Assembly: GCF_041146345.1 (NCBI RefSeq)
Contig: NW_027191417.1
Span: 1,550,001-1,614,000, forward strand
Length of the DNA: 64,000 nt
From: Neodothiora populina
Lineage: Eukaryota
Reading direction: 5' to 3'
Positions within the stretch are counted from its first letter, which is position 1. Each line of letters starts with the position of its first letter. The notes under the pieces are model-generated. The model was not told where the DNA came from, made no database searches, and saw only the letters and a list, made by a program, of their open reading frames with translations. Made by a program: the position numbers and the translations under genes. Shown here piece after piece: positions 33,643 to 46,065 of the stretch.

Positions 33643-35910
33643 CTACTTCTTCCTACCTTTGCCCTTTTTCTTCTTCTGCGACTGCGACTGCTCGGGCACA
33701 CTGACGCTGCCCATCTCCACCTCATTCCCTTGGGCCTGCAACTCCTTGACCTTTTCCTGACTCGAGATGAAAATCGTCAAGTCCCGATTCATATCTTCCA
33801 ATTCCATTTTCTCCGCCCGCAACTTTTCCGTTTCCTCGCTGGCAAGTTTGGTCTTGTCCTCGGCGACGCGTATCCTCGCCAAAAGTCCGTCGTTCATGAG
33901 TTTCTCTTCACGCCATCGATCACCCATCTCACGGGCCATCTTTTCGAATTTGTCTGCTCGTGTCGTCGACTTCTCCAACGCCTTTTCGAGACGTGCCACA
34001 CTATCGGTAATGTCTTTGTTCTGTTGGTACACTGCAGACAATTGTTCGGTAGCTTTCGAGGCTGAGAGAGATGCTTCTTCTGCCTTTGAAGATGCTGAAG
34101 ATGCCTTGTCCACGGCCCGTTCGAGTTGCTCTTCGTAATATCGTCTTTGACCCTCTAATTGTGAGGTCAAGAGAAAAGTGTATTCGTTTGCCATACTGTC
34201 CATTTTCTCTCGGGGAACCATGTCTTCGCCTTCCCTCAGTTCTTCTCTGAATGCTGCGTTTGGATGGCGGTCTTTTCCTGCGCCGCCATTGTTGCTGACG
34301 CTGCCTCGGTGGGTGCTGCCTTCGGATGGAAGATCAATCATACGATTATCAGGCTTGTTCTGAATCAATCGGTGCACATAGCCATCCCCGGCATAGTCCC
34401 AAACGTGTTGGGTATTGATATCCATAGCGTAACAGTGACTACTCTCCTCGTAATGCGCGTATGCGTGCGCTTCATCATATCTTCCGCAAGCGGTGTTTCC
34501 ACAGATCAGGCAAATCCACAGGTTACTAGTTGTACTGCAGACTGAGCACGTAGGTTCTGATGGTGCCGAGCTGTCGTTCTCACCACCGTTGCTGGGACGA
34601 GGGAATGGAAAGGTGAAGGAGGGCGCCTGGGTGTAGCGGCATACCGGACACCCACTACCTCGCCACTTTTCAAGGCAGGCGCAATGGAAGACATGTTGAC
34701 AAAGTATGGTCAGCAGACCTGTCGTTTCATCCATACGCTCAAGGCAGACGGGACAAGTAGGCAGCTCGATCAACGACGGCGTTGGTGGGGCACGTGGTTT
34801 GGCTGTTAGCGAGTTGGATCCGTTTGAGTGGGCCTTCTTCTGTGCTGCCGAGAGAGTAAATGGATCATTCGTGTTATGAGGAAAGGTAGACGGATCGTTG
34901 ATGTTGTGATCAGAAGGAGTAAGAAATTCGACGGATTTGATGAAAACAACATGGCAATTCTCCGGCTGGGTTCTTGTCAGCATACGATTATGTTGCAACA
35001 TCACTCAAGCGATAGTGAGACACACCTCCATCGCCGAGAATAGCTTGCCGTTCCAGGCTTTTTGCCATTCTCGTGCTTTCTTAGCGCTCCGGAACTTCAT
35101 CAAGACCATGTATTTATTTGCCCGTCCGGTTCTTATCAGTCGGAAGTGACTAACATCCTCTCTAGTCTGATCGCCAACAAAGCCGAGAAGATCACTGGGC
35201 ATCATCCATGACGGAACAGCAAGGATGCATAGCGTGGAGCAATCATCAAGACTGACGGTGTTGCCATCTTGATCATGTGCGTGCTTGCTTATGTATTTAT
35301 CCACGTCCAGTGCCGGCGCCTCTTGTGAGTCTCTATAGAGATGTACAACTCCCCACCCGACATCAGTAGTCTTTGGCTCCGAGGGCAGGTAGACCGCCTT
35401 GGTATGGAGCCCACTATTTGATACCTTGCCGTCCTTATTCATTGTCTTGTCTTTTGCTTGATCATTTACTGGCGAAATCGTCATGTCAATACTCTCAATA
35501 CTGACTGGACCGAATCGCCAGTCACGACTCGCAACTTCCGAATTGGGCTTCGCTAATGACAAGGCGGGCGAAGCGCTGTCCTTTTTCAGTGCAACGTTCC
35601 TCTCAGGAAGGAGCAACGCATCGCCATGCGACTCTGGTCGAGCTCCCGATGACTGCGGTCTACTACGCGGTGTGCCGACGTCGGAATTAGACTCCGAGGA
35701 GAACTGTCGATCGTGTTTTGTTTCGAAAGGGTGAGAAGACCACTTTGTGTATTTATGACCAGGTAGCGTGCTCTTGAAGATGTCGGTGGTAGGCGGCGGT
35801 ATAAATATATGCGATGGTGGGGTGGACAGAGCGGCGTGAGAGCCAACAGACGTCGCAGCACTTTTCGAAGAATACAGCTCGAGCTTGAGGTGAAAGAAAT
35901 AAGACGGCAT
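33643..35910 (-). CDS. ETP1: BRAP2/IMP-family RING-H2 + ZnF-UBP E3 ubiquitin ligase; 2 exons
   Basis: BRAP2 domain (GVVHLYRD, LCILAVPSWM, YMVLMKFR, NGKLFSAMEPENCHVVF), RING ELPTCPVCLERMD...LCQHVFHCACL...CPVCRY, ZnF-UBP LWICLICGNTACGRYDEAHA...VWDYAGDGYVHRL, coiled coil; intron 34966-35025. Confidence 0.93.
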
Positions 35911-36532
35911 CACAGTCTGCAAGATATCAGGTTACCTACAACACCACCAGTAGGATCACATTATTCATCAGTTGTGTGACGGTTTATAGTGGAAGAAAGA
36001 CGGACATGGAGGGCCAAATCAGTAAAGGAGTGCCACCAACTGTCACGTGCGTTGCCATCGCCGATAGAAAATAGACAAGAACCTGCTCATCGCACCCTCG
36101 TTATACTTCACGTCTTCTTACAATAAGCTATAATACAGGAGAGTCACATGCGAGACAGAAAAGGACAGGTTGGTTGCAATCCTGAGGGAGATATGACGCC
36201 TTTTTCCAAGATGGAGAAAGTGTAGGTAAGCATCGCTTTATAGATCATATATGGACATTGGGATCGACATTGCGCAACGGACAAGAGAAGGAACAATGAT
36301 GACAGACGAAGAGACACAGGTAGAGTGGCATCAGAGGTATCAGATACTTGATGAACAAATATGGTTTCATTTGGTTACCACCGCTGCAGCCGATGCAGCA
36401 ATGGGTTCCACTAGATGCCATCATGGCTTGTAATGTAGACTAGAGAACAAGATGATCAAGAATGTAGTCTTGTCAATCAAAGAGAGGAAAACGCCGGGAC
36501 CCATCGTAAAAGAGTATCATCAAAAGCAACGC

Positions 36533-37303
<771 letters not shown>

Positions 37304-37657
37304 TTATTGAAAATGTGTATGTCTGATGTGAAATGTGATCAGAGTCGCTGATGAAATCCAAGCGGATGTGTGTTTGGTATTGGTGGTAAGATAGAAGAGT
37401 GGAAAAGGTCGGAGATGGAAGGAAGGAGGGCTTATGTATGGGCCGAAGAGGGCAGGAATGAGGTCGGAGTCAAGAGTGAGCACGAGCGGGTGGCTGAGCT
37501 TTGCCTTAATGAGGTGCTTATGTCAACACTTTAGGCAGACTAGGTACCTTACCTTGTCCAGCACGTTCACTCTCCCTCCATGAAGCAAACCCAGCCCAGT
37601 ACGACGCTATCGGGCGCTGGTGGGTTCCAAAGCTGAGGAGTGCCACCGGCCAATGAC

Positions 37658-37677
37658 GGAATCTTCACGAACGTTCT
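37658..37677. promoter_or_regulatory. Perfect four-unit heat shock element upstream of polyubiquitin
   Basis: gGAAtcTTCacGAAcgTTCt = alternating inverted nGAAn pentamers, about 375 bp upstream of the UBI4 ATG; UBI4 is an established Hsf1 target in yeast. Confidence 0.85.
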
Positions 37678-38398
37678 GATAGGCGGCCACCCTATTGTAT
37701 TGAGAGATTGTATCCAAGGAAGAGCTTTCAAATCACGAACTAAACGACGCCTCTTTCGCATACAGTATTTTCACCGGGTTTTCTTTCTACCTTGTCACTT
37801 TTGCCTGCAGCGAGAGGTGTGGCAAACCGACGACACCTTTACAATGCTCTCACCATCGCCTTCACCTCAGCACTTGAGTCCAGTGTTGTTCCTTATCTCC
37901 ATCCCCAGAGTCAAGTGGGTCTGTGCGGGGATCGTGGCGTCATCTCGTGACCACCAAGGTGGTCTTCCTTGTCTCACCAAAACACTGAAGCAACCGTTTG
38001 CAGCGAGATTGTTCGCAGCCACCGCATATTCGTTAAGGTATTGATGAGCACTTGAAAACATAAGGTGAGAAATACTACAAGTAGCTGTAAACACAAATGG
38101 ACAGTGATTGAATTTATACTACCGCATATTCCTCCAAGTCCCACTAAAGTCTTTCATGATTCAGTGGCCGAATCCATATTGGGGCGGGCGGACTCGCGTA
38201 CCTAACAGCCTCTATCGAGTGTCGCGTTGACGCCCGACTTCGCATCGCTAACGATAAGGTAAGCTCAACTCGTCCGGACATGATAACGTTCAGAGTTGAA
38301 GAGCACGACAACTTGCAACACAGTCTTCATAAAGTCATTTCTTTGGTGATACCAGGGCGCCTTGTTATTCGCAATCAGATCACATCTTGTCTGGAGCC

Positions 38399-39945
38399 TC
38401 ACGCGTGCAACGGCTTGCGGCCCCAGATCACAGGCATAGGATAGTAGGCATGTATCCGCCTATCCTTGATGTCTGCTGTCACTTTGGCAACAAGAATATC
38501 AATCTCCTCTTTCTGCCATCCCAATCCACGTGTGAGTAGCTGGAGGCAGAAGCCTTCCAGACCTTCTGTGATGTTGATCATGTTCCAATGGCCGAGCTCC
38601 TTCATGTATTTGTCTCGAGGCCACGTGTTGGACGGCCACATGAAATTCTTCTCCTCGATGTCGACGAATCCAGCTGCTTGCATCCATTCACTATATCTGC
38701 CGCTCACTTCGGATCCCATCGGACGCCCGATTTTTCGCGCCGCTTCGCACATCAGCTCACCCCACTGTTGTAATGAGGTGCCTTCGAGGGTACCGTCGCT
38801 GCTCTTAAGCGGCAGACCGTAGTCCTGGAATTCGAGCCAGCCGCCCGGCTCAAGGTTGCTGTACGAGCACTCAGCGCATGCGCCGACTAAACACCGTCGT
38901 CAGAGCCAGTACTTACTTATAGGCTTGCTCGATGAGCTTCTCGACATCAGCAAAACAACCCGCCATCAGGCGGCAGTGGACATAATCGAATTTATGATCA
39001 TATATCCATTCATCTTCAGCATCGTCAATAACGAACTTCAGATTCGGCGGGACGCTAAGGACGATCAGTATCAAGTCGCTACTTGTCAGGACAAGGGTAT
39101 ACACGCACAATGCTGGTTGGCCAGGGCTCAGATCGATTCCGATTACCTTGAGCAGAGATTAGACTTTTGTCAATTTGTCTGTCCACACTGTACTTACTTG
39201 ACATTCAGGGTATAGGTCCGCTGTCGCCAGGCCTGATCAGTATTTATGCTTCCTCTTTTGACTCATCGAGAACTGCTCACCAAAGTCCATAGCCCAGATC
39301 CCGGTGCCAGCTCCGATGTCCAGCGCATGTCTCGGATGCTCCAGTGGCGCAAAATGCAATCTTCTGTAGGTCAAGTTGAGGATGTGACTCTGAAGATCTA
39401 TGGCAGTGTCAGAGACAGCAAGGACATACTGATATACGACCACATAGCCGTCTCTACTCACCAAGTCTATCAGACTCTCGCTATGAGTTTTCATCATTAT
39501 ACATCAGCCACATGCTTCCGTTGGTGTGCTCCAGCAACTTACCTCGTCGTTTGGAAAGACGTATTGTCCATCTTTGTATGCTGGCTGGATGTCAGGGAAA
39601 GCATAGACTAATTTAGTCATTATCATGAGACTAACCATGATAAGTTCTGCCGAACTCTTGACGATAATTGTATATAGACTCCGTCAGAGACGTTGTGCGA
39701 CTTTGACTACTTCCATTCAGCAGCGGCTCATATGTCGGTCTCGAAGCCCCTTCGACATACGTATCATCCCCTAATGCAGAGTCCACATCGCTATGTTCCT
39801 AGATCTCAGGATCAATATCGACGCTCTACTTTGCAATTGCATCACACGTTGTACTCACATCTATCTCAAGACTTTGCTCTCTAGCATGATCAATCGAAGT
39901 CTGATCTATGGACGAATTGTCTTGCGTGTCCGAGGGAGTAGCCAT
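38399..39945 (-). CDS. Class I SAM-dependent methyltransferase, LaeA-like (Llm) family; 10 exons including 19- and 23-nt micro-exons
   Basis: Spliced MATPSDTQ...DSALGDD...SLTESIYNYRQEFGRTYHAYKDGQYVFPNDERESDRLDLQSH...LHFAPL...[31 protein letters not shown]...VPPNLKFVIDDAEDEW...FDYVHCR...NLEPGGWLEFQD...AGFVDI...LLTRGLGWQKEEI; all junctions GT..AG and in frame. Confidence 0.9.
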
Positions 39946-41278
39946 CAAGCATATACTTCAGGTGATAACCAGCCTTTTCTGAATGGCAAATGTCAAGATG
40001 CCGACGATGATGATTCTAGGGCCGCTCTAGTACTCGGTTGGTGAGCCTCGACGGAAGCACCGATTCAGGATGATCAATCCGGAGGTCCGAGAATATTGAA
40101 CAAATTATATACAATATTGATACATGCGACTTCACATATGAATGGGTCGATGTTCTTTGCCTAAAGTATGTAATAGAAGTAAAGTGGTGGAAATCTAAGT
40201 TGTCTTATTCAGACATAGAACACCGACTGGATTTATGTGCTCACAGACTAAAGCTCGAACCTTGTTGACCTGAAATATAGAAGTAAGGTACAGCCGGCTT
40301 TCGTCCCGCCCCGCTACCTTCCCAAGCATTGACACATGCTCTGAAAATCCTTTGTTGATATGCTGTGATGCAAAACCTCGACGACGTAAGAGTATTGTGG
40401 TTCAATGCGTCCACATGCTCATGATACTGCAGTCATCGATCCAGGCGCTGGTGCCACAATGTGCTGCCTCGTGTCGAGAGAGATAGCGAAGACAACACAG
40501 CCCGCGAAGCAGCTCCTTAGCGGCGCAGCTTCGACGTTCCACGCTTCCATGAACATGATTCCTCAATGCACGCACCACACTCAGAGTTTTAGTTGCACCA
40601 TCTATGGAGCGGCACTGCAAAGTGTAATATGTGGCATTGGCGAAGCGATAACAATCGTCTCCACTCTCGCGTGAGACCTATAAGCTATCTGGCGATGCTC
40701 ATAGGAGAGTTACTCGCTGGGATCTTCAGAGGTGCATGACTAGCCCTGGGTGGTGTCTGTTTCCGACCGCGATGCCTCATTAGCGCGCGGGTGGGAGCAT
40801 TTAGTTCGCTTCGTAGCACTCTTGAGGGCAAGCCACGAGCATGGCAGCATATGAACAGATATGTTGATTTTTACTTTCCGATTGCACATCAGATACAGTA
40901 CACCTCGGATAGCTATTCTCCCGTTATTGAGTCTCACTATAAAGAGGGGAAATGCAGTTGATGCAATGGGTCGGTAGTCCGACATAAAGGTGGACCGCTC
41001 GTTTTCGACTTTCCTGTTGATCACAAGGCGATTCGGTATATACCACGCAATCACTGACCCCTTTAGTCGTCGCACGAACCCTGGTCGCGCTTTCGTCAGC
41101 TAACTATAGTGTTGGCTTTTTTGTCATCATCGAGAGTGTGCCTGTTATTCCTAGCCAATTCAGACCCGAAGGAGTGGTTCTCGCTCGTAGGAAGCTGCAA
41201 CAAACCTGAAGAGTACTCGAGAATCCTCGACGTGTAGTACGACGACGCCGTGACGGTGCTTGAACATCCCGTTCGACA

Positions 41279-43258
41279 ATGCTCTCATTGGTGTTGTTTG
41301 TTGCCACCGGTGTTGTATTGACTGTCTACATCATTGTCTGTACCATCCGTCAATACAATGCCTTAAAGGACTTCGATGGACCCCGCGTGGCTGCCTTCAC
41401 CAGGCTATGGCTCCTTCGCGCAAATAGCTCTGGGATGATGAACAAGGCTTTCACCGCGATCAATGATCAGTATGGTATGCATTGACATGTCTCGTCCTTC
41501 ATTACTATCATGTGCAGCTTCATTCACTCGTAATGTCGCTTAAATTTACCACTTCTTGATCCTATCAATTTACCATACCACTGGAACACGCTGGCATACG
41601 AAGTGAAGGATTTCGGCAGTACGATGATACTAACACAATTCAGGGTCAACCGCCAGGGTAGCCCCTAATATGCTGCTCACAAAGGATGCTGAGCTCGTCA
41701 AGCGTATGAATGCCGTCCGTAGTCCTTTCGTTAGGAGCATATGGTATACAGGTCTCAGACTCCATCCTACCCGTGACAACATCACATCTGTCATAGATGA
41801 GTCTGTCCATGCGGATTTCCGCAACAAAATGGCTCCGGGCGTGAGTCAACCTCGACTATGGATATTGTCATATGCTAATGAAGGCTCCTCATCTTCAGTA
41901 CTCCGGAAAGGAGAATATCCATATTGAACAGGACATCGACGATCGTCTCCTTCAGCTCTATGACTTGATCGAGAACAAGTATTTGTCTACTGATCAAGAC
42001 TTTCGTCCTCTGGATCTCTCCAAGACCATGTCATACTTCACTCTTGATGTTATCTCAAGTGTAGCTTTTGGAGAAGCCTTCGGATTCATCGAGGCAGATG
42101 ATGATCCCTTTGGATACATTGACAATCTGCAAGAGTTCCTTCCAGCTATCATCTTGTTCGGCGCTTACCCGGAGTTGACGCAAATTCTTCGTCTCCCATT
42201 TATGAAGTTTTTGGCCCCAAAGAAGACTGATAAACGTGGCTTGGGTCGCGTCATGGGCTTTGCTAAAGACCGTGTCGGCGAGCGTTTCGGAGAAAAGCCA
42301 ATCGTGAGACAGGACATGCTGAACTCATTCATCAAGCGTGGCTTGTCCAAGGAGCAACTGGAGTCCGAGACACTGACACAGATCACTGCTGGCTCAGACA
42401 GTACGTCCACGGCATTACGAATGACACTGCACTTCGTCGTGACCACGCCTTCTGTACAAACCCGGCTTCTGAACGAGTTTCACACTGCTCATGCTGCTGG
42501 TAAGGTCTCGAGACCAGTCATTCGGGATGCTGAAGCAAGAAAGCTACCTTATCTCCAAGCTTGCATCAAGGAAGGTCTCCGTATGTATCCGCCCGTGACC
42601 GGTCTCCTGGCCAAGGCAGCGCCTCCAGAGGGCACTAAGATCGATGGTAAGTTCGTTCCTGGCGGCACCCAGATCGCATGGAACTCGTGGGGCATCATGC
42701 ATGACAAAGCGATCTTCGGGGTAGATTGCGAGATATTCAGGCCGGAGAGATGGCTTGCCAAAGACAACAGCGACGCGGAGCAAGCACGTGTTGCGCGCAT
42801 GACGGAGACCGTGGGTCTGGTCTTCGGGTACGGACGGTTCGGATGCCTGGGCAGAGGTGTTGCAATGCAAGAACTAAACAAGGGCATCATAGAGGTAAGC
42901 GCCCTCCCTTTCTGATCATGTTCTCTTTACCCCACCTTGACTTCCATGTCCATCTACCATGATGTTGTCATACGACACTGCCACGAAGTTTCAAGCCGGA
43001 AGTATAAACAAGATATATCCGGGGAACATCATATTTCCTTCAGCTGACCAGTCTCACGTTGCACAGACTCTTCTCCGGTTCGAACTCCAGCCTCTCAGTC
43101 TCGCTAAGCCCTTCGTCGAGCGCTGCGTCGGATTCTTTTTGCATACAGACATGCTATTCCGAGTCACTCGGCGTCAAGAGTCGACATCTGACCGGGAGAC
43201 CGACAGCCATGTCTATTTCGGCGACGCTTCTGCCTTACCAGGTGCGCCGGACGAATAA
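41279..43258 (+). CDS. Cytochrome P450 monooxygenase (resembles pisatin demethylase-like fungal P450s); 4 exons
   Basis: N-terminal TM anchor, I-helix AGSDSTS, K-helix KEGLR, FRPERW, haem motif FGYGRFGCLG; introns 41475-41643, 41841-41898, 42895-43066; subfamily is a recollected resemblance only. Confidence 0.92.
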
Positions 43259-44050
43259 GGAAATGCCATGACCATAACGACATCCCTGCTTCGGCCCAGG
43301 AACGCATGGACTCGGTCACACGTCTGCGAAGTTGCTTTTGCGTTATTTTCGGAAAGCCTAGATACACATAGAGACATGACTGCCTTGCCGGAGGGGGATA
43401 TCTGTGATGTGCAATTGCGATTTTCCATAGTCAGAACCTAGCGAAGAAAGAGAGACAGCGCAAGGATCATCAAAGCCTCGTGATCCACTACCTACCTTAC
43501 AGTAGTCGAATAATCTGAGCCTTAAGACAGCCCAATTTACAACCAGGTCTAAACATCTCGGAATGACATAGTTGCGCACAGAAAAGAAAAATCTCGGGCG
43601 CTTACGGTCGGGTCGGTCATTCATTCAGGCCACGTGCTACAGGTAGGTCCCCCTGGTCCACAAAAAAGATGGCACTTGTACCTTAAGATAGCCGCCCTCC
43701 TCCCGCAATATATACAGTAAAGCCACTCCGACATTTTCATGTCCCGCAAGCCATTCCCGCACAGAGCGGGGCGCACGACAGGGGCATAATGAGGAGAAAA
43801 AACAAAAAAACAGCAGAGCAAGGTGGAACAGTAGATCCGTCCGCAAGTAAACGAAAAGATGGATGCGGGCGGTTTATTCTCCTCGTGTCACACCACCGAA
43901 TCTCTCGAGTCCTCCCCGGGTCATGGTCGCCAAGAATCAGGGGATGCACGTTTCAAGTGATGCCTCTTTACTGGTTGTCTAAGAACAGTATAGTCTAAAA
44001 TGGAATTATGCAGAGTGAAGATAGGATATGGTCGGAGAGATGCAAAAAGT

Positions 44051-44122
44051 TGGACTTGTTGGGGATCGAACCCAAGACCTTCAGCATGCAAAGCAGACGC
44101 GCTACCACTGCGCTACAAGCCC
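44051..44122 (-). tRNA. tRNA-Ala(TGC), intronless
   Basis: GGGCTTG/CAAGTCC acceptor stem with G3:U70 alanine identity pair, D-arm GCGC-AGTGGTA-GCGC, anticodon loop TT-TGC-AT, T-arm TTGGG-TTCGATC-CCCAA, TTTTT terminator just downstream. Confidence 0.94.
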
Positions 44123-45072
44123 AATTGTGAAATGGTGGGGCAACCACACATATATATACCTTTGTCAATCACCTGTCTTCGCGTCGTATGACCATGTAGT
44201 CGTTCAGTCGAGATGCTGTTTGTGTTGCGATAGTGCTTGTCAAAGTTTCACTTCCGCTCAAGGACGCTACTATTCGTCTTCGCTTGGTAGGATGAGGATG
44301 ACTGCATGCGGAGCGCGCACAAGATGGAAGCTATCCTAATCACAATGATGAATAAACACTGAATAAACACAAAGTGAGAATAGAAGATATATTATACTAT
44401 AGCTAGAGTGTTATATTACAAGGATGTAATTCATGAAGTCGTTCTTGTGCTCGTCACGAGATAGGTGTACGCAGCATCTGCACTTCCATCTCGGAACACA
44501 TATCATCAACGATCATCATGGTCGTAATCATTAGGCGATCGAAAGACAAGAACAAGATAGACACACAAGCATGTTGCTTCTACTCCACAACATACTTGCC
44601 AACCTTTCGCCTGTGGCATTGGGTACTAGTGATGGGAAGGAACAACATATCCGGCTCAATATGGCGTCCTTGCTGTAGTCTTTGAGGCCTCTTCTAGGCG
44701 TGAGGGCCCCCACGTGCGGAGGGAGGTTTGAGCACCATCTCACATCGGTGGTGCAGCTAGGAAAAACAGGCTCGGGCACAGATCGTCGTAGCCTCTTGGA
44801 TGTACTGTGACTTCCCCAGTGCTCTCCCCTCTGGTATCGTATATGCAAGCGCTGCTTGCGCGCGGATTCGAAACGGTCGCTGGGCGGATCGGAGTCGTAC
44901 TAGCAGCGCATGCCAGATTCCACAACGATGTAGCTATTGACTGAGTGTTACACTAGTCAAGCAGTGATTCGACATATTTTTTTGTCGAGTGTCATGGGTG
45001 GTCGCGCTCCGACGATGAGAATCCTATCATATATGCTAGCAACCGATGATGTGCTAGGTCCTCATCGGCAGT

Positions 45073-46065
45073 TCATAATGAGGGGACTTCAACGGGACGG
45101 TAGCCTTCATGCCTTGTCGCACTAAACCGCGATGCAATGGTTGATGCGTGCTCCTCATCGGTACCACAGCACCCACCTACAACACGGAGATTTGGTAGAA
45201 GGTCGCGAAGTTCGTGAAGGCTCTGCGCGAGACTCTTGACATCTTCACGGTCTAGGAAAGTGCTCGTCTCTAGCTCGTCGTGGGACTGTCTAGTAGCGTT
45301 CGCACGGATTGAGCCGATTCGTTCTAGAACACTACGATCCATGCTTCGTAACGTATCCATGAAGTGACAAGGATGAGCACAGTTTACGCCAAAGTAGGAG
45401 ACGTAGCCGTTAGTGGTTCTGTCCACTTCGTTAATGGCGTCAGAAAGTGTTCGGCCACTCAAAAGTCGGCCATTGCTCTCTAAGGAGAATGAGACGGCAA
45501 TGGGCAATTTGTGTTCCTGAGCAAGGCGGACCACTGCTTTGGCCTCACTGATGTCCACAGCACTCATAAGGCTGAGCATGTCTACACCTGCTTGTGCGAG
45601 CGCGTGGACTTGCTCGTAGTAGCTTTCCTTTGCGAAGAATGCAGTGTTCTCAGTCCCTGACTTGTAGGCATCTCTCAGAGGGCCTATGCATCCACTGATG
45701 ACAATTGGCGTCGTTGATGACTCGAAGCCATGCTTGATCTCCTCGAGCATGTGCACGGCTGATCGGTTGATGGAGGGTACATTTGCAGCGGAATAACCTA
45801 GCCTGGGAAACCAGGGACTCGAAGCTCGCCAGGTTGCCGTCTCCAGGACAATGCCGGTTTTGTGCCTGAGTGCAACTTTGACGTAGTCGATGTAGTGATC
45901 CCGGATAGCCGTTCTACCCTTCATGTTTTCAAGGAGCGGCCAAGCAGCAAAGTAAGGAAGATCGAATCCATGCTTGAAAATAAGATCTGTCTCTAATCCC
46001 CCATCACAGATGAAAACGTGAGGAGAGTTGAACATAGGCAATGGAGCCTTAGAAGTAACAGACAT
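45073..46065 (-). CDS. Homocysteine S-methyltransferase family protein (Zn-dependent Hcy-binding barrel), intronless
   Basis: CDGGLETDLIF, LETATWRAS, ISGCIGPLRDAY, LAQAGVD, VSFSLESNGRLLSG, Zn ligands in GVNCAHP and GGCCGTD. Confidence 0.92.
   Translation of the reverse strand: MSVTSKAPLPMFNSPHVFICDGGLETDLIFKHGFDLPYFAAWPLLENMKGRTAIRDHYIDYVKVALRHKTGIVLETATWRASSPWFPRLGYSAANVPSINRSAVHMLEEIKHGFESSTTPIVISGCIGPLRDAYKSGTENTAFFAKESYYEQVHALAQAGVDMLSLMSAVDISEAKAVVRLAQEHKLPIAVSFSLESNGRLLSGRTLSDAINEVDRTTNGYVSYFGVNCAHPCHFMDTLRSMDRSVLERIGSIRANATRQSHDELETSTFLDREDVKSLAQSLHELRDLLPNLRVVGGCCGTDEEHASTIASRFSATRHEGYRPVEVPSL

Noticed and set aside
39799..39801. Apparent in-frame TAG in the methyltransferase
   Set aside because: It is the 3' splice acceptor of the 60-nt first intron (39799-39858); the gene is intact
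38399..39945. True laeA ortholog forming a velvet-complex locus with vosA
   Set aside because: Ten-exon structure and sequence fit the large LaeA-like paralog family; 17 kb and several unrelated genes separate it from vosA
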